Shown piece after piece: positions 48,857 to 61,689 of a stretch of DNA of 64,000 nt. Under the pieces are notes generated by a model. The model was not told where the DNA came from and searched no databases. It saw only the letters and a program-made list of their open reading frames with translations. The stretch is from Octopus bimaculoides (lineage: Eukaryota): positions 26,695,937 to 26,759,936 of the forward strand of contig NC_068991.1 of assembly GCF_001194135.2 (NCBI RefSeq), written 5' to 3'. Each line of letters begins with the position of its first letter. The stretch's first letter is position 1. The position numbers and the translations under genes are program-made.

Positions 48857-49279
48857 TTCTTTTATTCTTTTACTTATTTCAGTCATTTGCCGGTGGCCAT
48901 GCTGGAGCACCACCCTTTAGTCGGGGAAATTGAGCCCTGAACTTATTTCCTGTATGCTTGGTGCTTATTCGATCAGTCTCTTCTCCTGAACAGCTAAGTT
49001 TCTGGGATGCAAACACATCAACATCTGTCGTCACGCAACGGTGGCGAGGGGACAAACACAGACACAAAGACACGCACACACATATATATACACACATACA
49101 TTTATATATTTATATATACGAGAGGCTCCTTTCAGTTTCCGTCTACCAAATCCACACACAAGGCTTTTTCGGCCCGCGGCTATAGTGGAAGATACCTGCC
49201 CAAAGTGCCACGCAGTGGGAGTGAAGCCGGAATCGTGTGCGTGAAGCAAGCTACGTACCACACAGCCACTCCTGCGCCT
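48857..49279 (-). mobile_element. SINE family B, full length
   Basis: Collinear with 12716-13123. Confidence 0.88.
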
Positions 49280-49286
49280 ATATATG

Positions 49287-49373
<87 letters not shown>

Positions 49374-49445
49374 GTACATATATACATATATATATGTACA
49401 TATATACATATGACGGGCTTGGAGGTAGTGGTGATGCTGGCTGGT

Positions 49446-49669
49446 GCGTATATGTATATGTATATATTTGTTTGTCTGTGTTTGTACCCCACCATCACTT
49501 GACAACCTATGTTGACCCCGTAACCTAGCAGTTCAAGAAAAGAGACTGATAGAATAAGTACTAGGCTTAAAAATAATAAGTCCTGGGATTGATTTATTCC
49601 ACTAAAGGCTCTGCTCCAGCATGGCCGCAGTCATAATTAGTGAAACAAATAAAAGAATACAAGAATAAA
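49446..49669 (+). mobile_element. SINE family B 3' half
   Basis: GATAGAATAAGTACTAGGCTT...GCTCCAGCATGGCCGCAGTC...AAAAGAATA. Confidence 0.82.
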
Positions 49670-49671
49670 TA

Positions 49672-50153
49672 TGGGTGGCTTATTATCAATTTAACGACCT
49701 AAAAGCAAATTTATAGACGTCACTAATGTGGCAGATTGTGCAAAGTGGTACCAGCTTTGCTAGAAATAATAGTCAAAACGACGGTTGTTAAGTTGCTAAT
49801 AAGCCATCCATATTTATAATTTTCAGTTCTACCGTTTTAGAAATCAGCACATATTTTAAACGGCTTTGCTTATAAGTTAACAGGGTGAGTTGGGATTAAC
49901 CCTAAGCGCAGTAAGAGCCACTGACGAGAATTAAGATGCTCTGCATCAAAATTCGAAATCACGTGAAATGACTATATCTGCGACCGTAGAGAGCTTTGTC
50001 TCTCTGGTCATCTTATTATGATAGTGCTCTGCTGGCTAATGTGTCGTTCTGACTCTTATTTCTAGCAATGCTAGTACCACTCTGTACCTTCTGTCACTTT
50101 AGTGACGTCTATGAATGTGCTTTTAGGTTGTCAAATTGCTATTAAGCCACCCA
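49672..50153. mobile_element. MITE (Tc1/mariner-type, TA TSD) with 111-bp TIRs
   Basis: 49672-49782 (TGGGTGGCTTATTATCAATTTAACGACCTAAAAGC...AACGAC) is an imperfect reverse complement of 50043-50153; TA on both sides; no coding capacity. Confidence 0.88.
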
Positions 50154-50541
50154 TATAATATATATATAAATAAATAAATATATATTTATATATATATATA
50201 TAATATTGCGTAACATATTTTGGGAACTCCAGACAGCGGTGTATATTAAACTGAAGAAAAAAATTGTGAACGTATCCTCTTCTCTCCCTTTAATACAGTT
50301 AATAATTCTAGTAGAGCAGTTTTAGAGGAGTGTTTCTTCAATTCTCTCGAAATTAAAAAAGGTATGTAACAGAATTGCACTTCATAAATTTGGGAGTTGG
50401 AAGGTATCATATCTAATGCCTTCGGTATATATTAGAAAGTGTAATGCATTTGGTGAGCAATAGGGTCGCTGCTTAGTGGTTTCAAAACGAGAAACATTGA
50501 TTGCCTAAATTTCTAGGAGCAAGATCATTAACGAGAGATTA

Positions 50542-52340
50542 CACTGGTTTGCATTTGGTAATTCGTTCCTTTTTTTTATTCATCGATGTGAATGATTCTT
50601 GAGTCGCTGATTTTAAATATCTAAATCATTTTGCTCTATCACATAAAGATTTAAATATCTAAACCATTTTGCTCTATAACATAAAATACAATTTAATGAT
50701 AATAGGAAATGTGAATTTTTATAAATGGGTACTTTATTAAAATAAGGTAAGTGATCATGGAAAGTAATATTCTGTTAGCTTTAAGAACGCATATATTCCA
50801 AATAAACAAGAAATGAATCATGTTCATCTCGAAATGAATCTTAAATCATAAACATCAAATCAAATGAATGTAAATAAAAATATGCTCCTAATGGTTATTC
50901 TACATATTGATTCAAAGGAAGGACGACGGCTTTGAATTCCGCTTGTGCAGTGCATCCGGACCATCACGTTTCAGTTATCAACAGAAATCCACTGACATTT
51001 CATTGGCCCTACTATCGAGTTTCTATGGTACAAATATACTGATGGAATCGCTCTTGTTGTTTCTCACTGTAGTCCCCACAATTCTTGGGAAAATAGTCGA
51101 GATGTGCGTGCAAAAAGTACATCTTGACACTCATTCTAGGCCCAAGTTGTGGTAAACTTGAGATCAGGTCTTCGATAATTTTTCATATTCTGAGGCGCAG
51201 CTGTTTTCCAACATTTGGACATTCTGCTTGAAGGAAAACCAGGCATTCACTCGAGGCCTGCTAATGCATCCTCAAAATGCTTGTGCATTTATTTTCAAAT
51301 CTGGGGGCCAACAAAAATTCCTGCCTTTAGCTTGCCTTCGATTTGAGAAAGAAACTTTGACTCCAGGTACTTAAAGGCAGCCCCATTCTTGTTCAGAGCC
51401 TTCACAAAAAAATTCATGGGCCCTAATTTGATGTGGAATGGTGGTAGCAGAATTTTCTTGGGGTCAACTGGTAGCAAAGCTTTCACGTTGTGGTGACCTG
51501 ATAAGAGGCTAGTGCTTAGTGGTCAGTCATTTTTTTCATAGTGCTCGGTTTCTGCTCTACTACTCCAACGAAAAAGCAAAGAAGGATACTTGGTGCATTC
51601 CCATTGGAAGACCTAATAGGAAAGCAATAACTTTCAAACCACCACAAATAAGAAAACTGTAATTACAGTACTTGATGGCAGTTATTAGTGTCTTCATATT
51701 CTTATAAGTTTCTGATATTTGAAACCTATAGACATTTGCCACAGATGCCGCGGTGTTGCCATTCTAGAACAGCACTTAAACTTTTGTTACAAGAATCAAC
51801 AAAGAGGCTCCATTGATCTGCTTTGTACCACATCCCCATGTGTTCAATAAGGCCAGAAATATTTGAACTGAAACCTAAAGAGTCCCGTTTCTCAAAAAAC
51901 GATTTCACTTCACGATCATGGTACCAAGTGAATGATGTTCCAGGAGATAGAAGCCTGTGTTAATTCAGTCTAGAAACAAAGTAAATGTGCACTTTTTTTT
52001 GGACGGCTAAGGCCTCTCACCAGGTCAACTTGATTGAAGAGTTTGAGATCGTCATTTGTTGGTGGTTTATATTCTACTTCCATCTCATTACTATCACTAG
52101 TATCAGACTCTGATGAAATTTCCCGTCTCAGTTGGCACAGGTAGAGGAATATCATCTGAGTGTGGAACAGGCCTTTTTGCTGACGGTTTATTTGGATATA
52201 TTATGCGATCCGTATTTATATTATTCCTAAACATTGAAAATTCCTCGTGCATTATACACCACAGAAACTTAGCCTTGTCATTATATANNNNNNNNNNTGT
52301 GTAAAATAGCCTACAGGCTAGCTCCTGCGGAGGGCACATT
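50542..52340 (-). mobile_element. Chapaev3-like (CMC superfamily) DNA transposon fossil
   Basis: Minus-strand motifs IIYPNKPSAKRPVPHS, DLVRGLSRPKKSA, WSLFVDS, ICGGLKVIAFLLG, LVDPKKILLPPFHIKLGPM..FVKAL, KAGIFVGPQI, MSVKMYFLHAHLDYFP...ERFHQ. A CAC end at 50542 is preceded by TTA; 37-bp subterminal tandem repeat at about 50613-50688. The family name is from recall; the 5' end is not located. Confidence 0.7.
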
Positions 52341-52875
52341 TGAGGCCTGCGGCCCCATTATCTGGCTTCTTTGTGACCCTCTACTTTTGTAATTAAGCTT
52401 ATTTTTGCAAATGTGCTAATCACTGATACTGATCGTAATTTCATCAATAAACGTAGCAGCGAAGTAAATGTAGTAAAATTAGGCGGGGTCAGTGGGGACC
52501 CATTTAACCTCTTTGCGATATTCCCTAGGCTTTCATGGTATGAAATTCATTATCATTGCTCGGATTTGGTCGCCAGTGCCATGTATTGAGCTTAAAATGG
52601 AGAAAAAATAGGGGGTCTGTAGGGGCCCAAATTAAGTGGTCGTGAAAAAGATAGACATACTTAGAACATTCCTTGGGATTAGGGGAGTTGCTGGTTTGAG
52701 TTTCGTTGTCATTGCGCCAACGGACTAGGAGGAGTTAAAAAACATAAAAACATAACGGACAGAGAAACCTCACTCAAATTTATATCAAGATATATATATA
52801 TATATAGATACATATACGGGTCCAATTACAAAGCTTTCGTCAACCCAACGATATAGTAGATGACCATCGCCTAAA

Positions 52876-52951
52876 ATGCTACGCAGTGTGTCTGAAACCC
52901 GAACCATGTGGTTGGGAAGCAAGTTTCTCATCAAACAGCCACGCCTGTGCG
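52876..52951 (-). mobile_element. SINE family B head fragment
   Basis: GAACCATGTGGTTGGGAAGCAAG...ACAGCCACGCCTG. Confidence 0.7.
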
Positions 52952-53681
52952 CACAAATATATGTATGTATATATATATATATATATANNNNNNNNNNNNN
53001 NNNNNNNNNNNNNNNNNNNNNNNNNNNNNNNNNNNNNNNNNNNNNNNNNNNNNNNNNNNNNNNNNNNNNNNNNNNNNNNNNNNNNNNNNNNNNNNNNNNN
53101 NNNNNNNNNNNNNNNNNNNNNNNNNNNNNNNNNNNNNNNNNNNNNNNNNNNNNNNNNNNNNNNNNNNNNNNNNNNNNNNNNNNNNNNNNNNNNNNNNNNN
53201 NNNNNNNNNNNNNNNNNNNNNNNNNNNNNNNNNNNNNNNNNNNNNNNNNNNNNNNNNNNNNNNNNNNNNNNNNNNNNNNNNNNNNNNNNNNNNNNNNNNN
53301 NNNNNNNNNNNNNNNNNNNNNNNNNNNNNNNNNNNNNNNNNNNNNNNNNNNNNNNNNNNNNNNNNNNNNNNNNNNNNNNNNNNNNNNNNNNNNNNNNNNN
53401 NNNNNNNNNNNNNNNNNNNNNNNNNNNNNNNNNNNNNNNNNNNNNNNNNNNNNNNNNNNNNNNNNNNNNNNNNNNNNNNNNNNNNNNNNNNNNNNNNNNN
53501 NNNNNNNNNNNNNNNNNNNNNNNNNNNNNNNNNNNNNNNNNNNNNNNNNNNNNNNNNNNNNNNNNNNNNNNNNNNNNNNNNNNNNNNNNNNNNNNNNNNN
53601 NNNNNNNNNNNNNNNNNNNNNNNNNNNNNNNNNNNNNNNNNNNNNNNNNNNNNNNNNNNNNNNNNNNNNNNNNNNNNNNNN

Positions 53682-53721
<40 letters not shown>

Positions 53722-54254
53722 GAAAATATTTCAGTGAGGAATCACACGTGGTGGATATATAGAGAGAATAAGAAAAGATGAAAAAGCACAGGTTTGCTTT
53801 ACAGGATTTAAGAGTACATTAGAGCCATGATAATAAAGACTCTATACAATTTCCTAGAAAATAAGGTTTTGTTATGTTAACATAATTGAAGTAAGGACCA
53901 GTTTCGTATTGCTCATCAAACTGAGATTTGAAAGAGTTAAATTGCTAGGATGAAAAAAGTTTTGTTAGGGGAGATAATTGTACACTCATTTATTTTGTAG
54001 TAATGGTGAGTTAAATCTTTAATTTTTATTTTAGTATTTTGTTTTTGTGTCCTCTACTTTATTCTGGCTTAATATCTTCCATTAGATGGGGTAAGTCTTA
54101 TATTTTAAATATGGGTTCATATCTAATTCTCGTTTATATATTTTTGGATAAAAGATGTTTCTTTATTCAGTCTTACTTGTGTTGGGGTCTCGAGGGCAAG
54201 TTGATAGAATGGGAAAATTACGAATTTTGGTTGTAATCGTTCCGTACATTTGTC

Positions 54255-54760
54255 AATGTGTTGACTGAAAGCTCTGATGCAAGTGAAGTACGACTTTCTA
54301 GGCAAAGCCAAAAACAAAGACTGTCTCTCCAGTCTGAAAGCTGTAATGCAAGGGATGAACGACTTTCTAGACCAAGACAGAGGCAAACGGTCTCGGCAAA
54401 ATGAAACCTTTGGTGACTGTAAAAGAAAGACAGGACCAAGATACATTTCGCCATATATCTACAAGAAGAAATTAGCATGAAGAAGTGAGACAAAAGCGTT
54501 TGATCGCTGATAGATTTAGCCATATGTTTGTAAGAAGAAATTAGTCTGAAGAATAGAGACAACAGCGTTTGAATGCTGATAGAAACAGGTTTCAAAATTT
54601 AAGACAACGTGAGATTCAAAATGCTAAACTTTCTGCATTACTGTATGACAAAAATGACACATGTAACAAGGCTGCTATTTGAGAAATGACCAAACTTTGT
54701 CAGTGTGGCGCTTGCCGATAACTGATAAAGGGTCGTTTTTTGAGTTGCTTGTCTTGTTTT
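54255..54760 (+). mobile_element. Helitron RepHel N-terminal remnant with 69-nt (23-aa) repeats
   Basis: Repeat pairs start at 54265/54334 and 54463/54532 (ES..A...RLSR..Q.Q; EE.RQ.RL.ADR), followed by LSALLYDKND...I*EMTKLCQCGA. This resembles the Helitron 'RL..DR repeats / F.YDP / IG.M...C..C.A' region. Confidence 0.6.
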
Positions 54761-55176
54761 CCATTTTTTCCTTCGTTCTTTGCGTACCCAACGTTATTTT
54801 CGTATTTCATGCTGTTTACGTTTTGAGACGTCCTGTACCCATATATGCATACCCATATACATACATATGTATAAACATATGTGTGTATATATGCATATAT
54901 TATTTGTATATATATATATATATACATATATATANNNNNNNNNNNNNNNNNNNNNNNNNNNNNNNNNNNNNNNNNNNNNNNNNNNNNNNNNNNNNNNNNN
55001 NNNNNNNNNNNNNNNNNNNNNNNNNNNNNNNNNNNNNNNNNNNNNNNNNNNNNNNNNNNNNNNNNNNNNNNNNNNNNNNNNNNNNNNNNNNNNNNNNNNN
55101 NNNNNNNNNNNNNNNNNNNNNNNNNNNNNNNNNNNNNNNNNNNNNNNNNNNNNNNNNNNNNNNNNNNNNNNNNNNN

Positions 55177-55894
55177 TATACACGTTTACCGTTTGTCAAA
55201 ACACACCGATACTACGCTTACAAAGATATCGTCGAGCCGACCGCTCTCAAAAATTAAATTAAAAAAACCGGAACAATAATCCAGAATCTTTGTCGGGTAC
55301 CTAATCTATCCCAATGGTAGTCATGGAATGTGAAGGTGGGTGTGCGGGCCGTGTTTGTAACGCTGTGTTTGTGTCGTCTGCAATGGGAACAGGGGCAGTT
55401 TTCTCTTTTGAACGAGGAATTGGGAATGAAAACATTTGCAACAAAATTAATGCCTCGCTTGCTGACGGAAGATCGAAAGCAGTCACGACTGAATGTGTGT
55501 CGTGAAACGAAAGAGTAGTTGGAAGTTGATCCGAAACTTTTTCTGAAGGTAATCACTGGTGACGAAAGCTGGTGCTACGGCTACAACCCATAAATGAAGC
55601 AGCAATGAAATCAATGGAAGCATTCAATGTCACCACCCCACAAAAAAGTGTGTCAAGTGAAGTCCTTAAAGGAAAAGGTTTTGAATGTGTGGAAGAGGGG
55701 GAAAAATACGACGGAGGCATTAAAAAGCATCACTTTGCAAGAGTTTCAGGACTGCTTGGAACAGTGGAAAACGTGTCTGGACCGATGCATTGCTTCAAAT
55801 GGAGAATACTTTAAAGGCGATAAAAGTGTAAACATGTAAAACTAAGTGAATAAAATAATATTACAAAATACCGTTTACTTTTGGGTACCCCTCG
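55177..55894 (+). mobile_element. Mariner fossil, same family as 18403-19311
   Basis: LGMKTFATKLMPRLLTEDRKQSRLNVC, KVITGDESWCYGYNP, WKTCLDRCIASNGEYFKGD; right TIR TTTTGGGTACCCCTCG. The left end is hidden by the gap or rearranged. Confidence 0.8.
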
Positions 55895-55990
55895 TTTATG
55901 CGCGTGTGTGTATGTAGATATAGATATACATGTATATATATATGTATTTATACATATGCATGCATATCTATCTATCCATCTGTCTCTGTA

Positions 55991-56046
<56 letters not shown>

Positions 56047-58048
56047 CCTGTGTGTGTGTGCTTGTGTGTGTGTGAGTGTGTGTAAACACGCATGCGAGCA
56101 TACACGCACATACACATAAACACAAGCTCACTCCACTACACACACAGTGATATGAATATTCGAGAAATTCTTTCGACTATCTCCGTGACAATGTTTATCA
56201 AACATAATTTCCATATCGTTATATTCCGGGGAGAAAAATTAATTGAATGCATACATGATAGGACCTAATTACAACTCACTAAAATATCACACCATACATT
56301 CATACAGAGACGGGACTGATGAAGATTCTGTACGTCAAAAATTGCGGGTATGGATAAAATATTACGAATACTATATAATAGCTTAAGTTAGCTGAACTTA
56401 GGTAGCGTTGGTACATAGGTGACCAGACACCAAAAGCAAAATTAGTACTAGAGGAATTAGAGAATGAAAGAATTGTGAACTTGTTTTAATGTACTACGTG
56501 AAGCTCTGCTAATGACTAGTGTACGATTTATGCTAAGATATTTCCCAGATAGTAACTTTCAGCTGTACTTATGTGTCCTGTCACGAGATTTCTCTTCGCA
56601 CGAACTCATACATCTAAATGCAATACATTAACTACAGCTCTAAGTACTACTCTTTTACTGACAAATTTTATGAGTTGGACGATTTATATTTACTTTCATT
56701 TATTTATTGCTTTTTCATAGTTTCTTTATTTTTCTTCGCTAAATGTACTCACTGATTAATCTTTATGTTCGTCACATACTGCTGGTGTTGAAAATATTGC
56801 GTAACCATATATAATTAGTGTGAAGTCTCCATAGAGTCATTAAAAAAATATGCAATATGTCATAATGTCCCTACATCGTTAGCTGATGTATAGAAATATA
56901 ACGAAATAAAAACAAAACAAGGATTCTCAGAATCAGAGGAAAATAGAAATATATATATTGTATGAGTGTATGCAAATACATACTCCAACACAGTATACAC
57001 ACACATGCAGAGGCACACACACGTATTCATAACCACAGACATGTCTGTGTTTCTGTATGTTGCTTTAATACATATATATGCGTGTGTGTGTGAGTGTGTG
57101 TGTGTGTGTGTGTGTCTGTGTGTCTGTGTGATTGGGCGCGTGTGTGTGTGTGTGTGTCTGTGTGTGTGTCTGTGTGTATATATATATATATTTATATATA
57201 TATATATTGTGTGTGAGTGTGAGTGTGTATTTATCTATAAACACCAGATAATATATACAGATACATAAAGATATATTGAAATAAGTGTGTGTGTGTGTGT
57301 GTGTATCTATATATATATATATATATAACCTCTGTGTGTGCGTGTGTGTGTGTTCGTGCATGCGTCAATAAGAAGAAAAAAGTGTCAGAGAGAACAATCT
57401 GTATGTCATCATCAACGAGACAGTTATAACACAGCAGTAAGAGAGAAGAATGTACAACAAAATAGCTTTTAAAGAAATTACGTACAACTGAAAATTGGAA
57501 GAAAAATATCTGGTGACTAATTTTCGACAAGATAACTTCCAGGTTAAAAAAAAAAATTAATAAGTATTATTCATTAATATGCCGTAAGGCATTCGCTATC
57601 TATGCGGTACATCAATTTATCTAATAGAATATATTCAATGAAGACATGGCTAATACATAAGCAATGTAAGCAGTAAATGCAGAAGTGTACACATTTTTCT
57701 TTCTAGTCTCTTCCACACAATCAGAGAAGAAATATTATGAATACTAATTACACACTGATTCTACCTTAGGAATTGTCCATAATTATTTCCAAGAAAAAAG
57801 ATGTACGTTTATATTGTTTCCGTTTGTCTTTACTCTGTATTTGTTTTAGAAACATAAGCATTTTATTCTGTGCATACTTTTCAATTTCGTCCATTTTTCA
57901 GTGCAAATTTCGTTTCCGAATGGGCGAATTGTATTACCAGAGAATGTAAACGAATTTTCAAAGGTCCTTAGTAAATAATGAAATGACGAGACCTAATGAT
58001 CTTCTTAAAGGAATACATAGAGTATAAAAGGGAAATAGATAGATAGTC

Positions 58049-58117
58049 AGGGAGAGAGGGAGAGAGAGGGGGGGAGAGAGGAAGAAGAAGAAGAAGAAGA
58101 AGAAGAAGAAGAAGAAG

Positions 58118-58149
<32 letters not shown>

Positions 58150-58176
58150 GAAGAAGAAAGAGGGGGAGGAAAAGGG
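58049..58176. repeat. Polypurine tract with perfect (GAA)22 at 58081-58146
   Basis: Direct reading. Confidence 0.95.
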
Positions 58177-58477
58177 ATTCATAGATAGATGCTAAGAGTA
58201 AAAACTGAATTGCTTTATTATAGTTCAGACTTAGAAAATTCAATCCTTAGAGAACCCTTGAAGAATGCTTTATCAATGAGCATGTATACGGTGATCGAGA
58301 TTTAATTTCGTTGAGTGATCGACATTCAGTTTCGTTGGTAAGTTGGGTCACACAATCAGATCACTGAGCCTTTTTGTGAGAACCATTGTCTGACAACCGA
58401 AATTGTAGGTTTCACGGTTGTTATTTCCTCAGTATTTCTGCACCGATTCCTATATCTCAATCTACTGAAGGTTTGTA

Positions 58478-59528
58478 TTAGGCCGTGAAGTATAAAATTT
58501 GTAATACGGTATATGGTAAACTTTGACAGCTGCTCATTTTCCCTCATTATTATATTTTGAATTCTTTATTTTTTTGTTAGAAAGCTGACACATCTATTTC
58601 TTTATTCTAACAAATGAGCAACGCGGTCGACCAGAAACAAAGGTGGATAATGATGAACTGAAATCCACCGTTGAGTCAAATCCATCTCAATGTCCCAGTG
58701 AATTATCGTTGTTGTTTCGTGTTTGAACGCGAACAATATTGACTCACTTAGTTCAAATTGGTAAAGTGAAAAATTTGGATAAGTGGGTTCCATATGAACT
58801 CAAGGAAAATCAGAAACAGCAACGTTTGGAAGCCTACATTATGCTATTTTCTTGTTACAAAAATGAATAATGTTTTAACCGCATTATGACATGTGATAAG
58901 ACATGGATCCAATACATCAACCGTAAACGTTCAGCAAAATGGTTGGACAAAAACGAGCTACCAAAACACAGTCCATAAAGCAAAATTCATCAAAAGAAGC
59001 TGATGGTGTGTGTTTGGTGGTCTGGAGCAGGTATGGTCCATTATAATTTCATTAAATATGGCTCATCAATTACGGCAGAAGTATACTGCAGCCAACTGGA
59101 CCAAATGATGTGCAGAAACTTACAAAAAAAAAAAACAACCTAGATTAGTCAACAGATCCACTCCTATTTTATTGCAAGACAACGCCAGACCACACATTGC
59201 AAAAATGGCATTGGCGAAACTACAGGAGTTGGAGTTGGAAATTTTCCATCATCCACCATTCTCACCTGATCTTGCTCCCACTGACTAACGCTTCTTCCAG
59301 AATTTGGAAAAATTTTTAATAGAAAAATTTTTTTATTCCGATGATGCTGTAAAACAGGCCTTCCAAGATTTTATTGACTTTAGATTGCCAGGCTTTTACA
59401 GTTCCGAGCTGGACAAGCTACCACCGAAAGGGAAAAAAGTGTATGCTTTGATGAATAAAATTATTCTTTGTATTTATAAAACAGTTGCACACTTTTTTCT
59501 GTTCTACAAATTTCATACTTGACCGAAT
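58478..59528 (+). mobile_element. Mariner (Hsmar1/cecropia-like, DD34D) fossil lacking its N-terminus
   Basis: GRPETKVDNDELK, KWVPYEL, RIMTCDKTWIQY, HQKKLMVCVWWS, LLQDNARPH, PFSPDLAPTD. Imperfect TIRs TATTAGGCCGTGAAGTATAAAATTTGTA / TACAAATTTCATACTTGACCGAATA. Confidence 0.88.
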
Positions 59529-59560
59529 AGTTGGAAGTTATTTTCGCGTAAACACATTCT

Positions 59561-59810
59561 TGCCTGTTGTTTCCCAACCACATGGTTCGGAGTTCAGTCC
59601 CACTGCGTGACACCTTGCTTAAGTGTCTACTAAGTAGCTAAGTGTGTGCGCGCGTGTTTGTATGTGTGTGTGTGTGTGTGTGTGACTGTGTCTGTGTGTG
59701 CGTGTATTTTGTCTTTGTGTTCGTCCCCCAGTAACACTTGACAACCGTGCGTTGGTGTCAGTAGCGGTTCAGAAAAGATATCGATAGAGTATGTACCAGG
59801 CATTACAAAA
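59561..59810 (+). mobile_element. SINE family B, internally deleted
   Basis: CCAACCACATGGTTCGGAGTTCAGTCCCACTGCGTGACACCTTG head; 3' body fragments after a (TG)n tract. Confidence 0.75.
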
Positions 59811-60040
59811 TGTATCTAACTCTGATGTGTTTGTAAACTTTAGCCTTCTTTTTATAGATATATTCAAAGCATTTGTACCGGTTTCATGGTATTTCCTTTG
59901 GTTTGTATTTCACTGAATTTTACAATTTCTCTCTTCTTATCTATATAAAATTCATACACATATATACACAAACACACACATTCATACGTGCTTGTATATA
60001 TATACATACGTATCTTTCTTACAATCTCACTCTGCATCTT

Positions 60041-60085
<45 letters not shown>

Positions 60086-60087
<2 letters not shown>

Positions 60088-60116
60088 CAGGTCATCCCAT
60101 AAGTTCTGTCCGATTT
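60086..60116 (+). mobile_element. Isolated mariner-like terminal sequence running into a 10-N gap
   Basis: TATCAGGTCATCCCATAAGTTCTGTCCGATTT resembles the ends of 20276-21541 and follows a (TA)n run. Confidence 0.5.
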
Positions 60117-61689
60117 NNNNNNNNNNGGTATTTCCTTTGGTTTGTATTTCACTGAATTTTACAATTTCTCTCTTCTTATCTATATAAAATTCATACACAT
60201 ATATACACAAACACACACATTCATACGTGCTTGTATATATATACATGTGTGCGGATGTGTGTGCGCGCGTGTGTGTATGTGTGTGCGTGTGTGTGTGTTT
60301 ATGTTACTATCTACATGTTCAAAGATGCAATGCATACGTATCTGTGTTCTTATTCGGAATCTGTATCATCTAAAATAATACCGTATAGGAAAGTGATATA
60401 TTATCTCTTGATATGAATTGTTTTGATATGTTTCACTATATTACATCTGACATCATGTTCCCTTATATACTATTTCCAATATAAAATATATCTATTGAAT
60501 ATTGAAACCAACATTTATAGTGATCAATAATAAAAACAAGTTCACATGCTCCTAAATGGTAAGTATTTTACATGCTGCATTGTGACCGGTGAAATCTAGC
60601 GTTTTATTTTCCCCTTAAGCAGCGGCGAATCGTTAAATGCAAAAAGTAAAAGAATCATTTGCAAAAATACACTTCAGAGGAACAAAAAGCTTTTGAGGTC
60701 AATTTTTGAATAGTTCTTAGTAGTGTTACAGAAGAGTTTAAATATGGGTGACTAAGTGAAGAAATGCGTGTCAGGTGGGTGGCCCTAAACGGAGCTATCA
60801 CATTATCGTCGACCTTCGTTGAGAATGTAGCATTCAATTTGTGGTTTAGGTAGGCCACATTTTAGGTGAGCCACATTTTAACAAGGGTTAACTTTAAAAT
60901 ATGATACCATAACTGAATATACTAGTTTCCTTTGACTCACTTTTATTTAGTTACTTCTTTTAATAACTCACTTCAATAACAAAATATTGTTAACTTCTGT
61001 AACATTTAAACTAAGTTTTTATTATACAGATATTTCATATCTATATGCAAATATAACTGTAGAACTATAATCGGAATGTGACGTTTCATATAAAACTCTG
61101 GGCGAGATTAAATTAATTGTGCAGCAAAATTAATAACAAGATAAATACAAAGAATACAATAAAAAGAATGAAATATATCTGGAAGGACACAAATGATACA
61201 ATCGTCTATGACATTCGATTTATTGTATAAAAATAACCTTTGGGTAGATTTCTCTGCTAGAGATAATGAATATAAGATTTTCCAATGTTTCTGTGTCGAC
61301 TGGACTGATTTTCCAATATATTGGAGTCGAATTTTCGACTAAGATATATGGAGTCTTTAGAAATAATGGTTCTTCAGTTGTGCCACTCCACACTAATACT
61401 TCTGAAATAACCATCACTTTCCTTATATTTATTTTTCTACCTCTCGTCTCTCACTATCTACTTCATTAATTCCCATCTCAAGAATATTAACCTCTTAGAT
61501 TTCCACATTCGCCACCGTCATTTCTAAAGATGTCAACTGAACGTTGTTCAATATAAATATAAAGTACATCTATCTCTCTAGTCTATGAAGCTCTGCAAAT
61601 ATCATTACAACTGTCCCTTTCTCTCACATGAAATAACAGCAAAGGACAACAATTTATCAAACGTAAATAGTGACCTGAAAACTCGCAAT

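Noticed and set aside
54265-54600. Regularly spaced repeats resembling a CRISPR array
   Set aside because: These are diverged 69-nt coding-type tandem units without unique spacers, in eukaryotic DNA with no cas genes; better explained as Helitron repeats.
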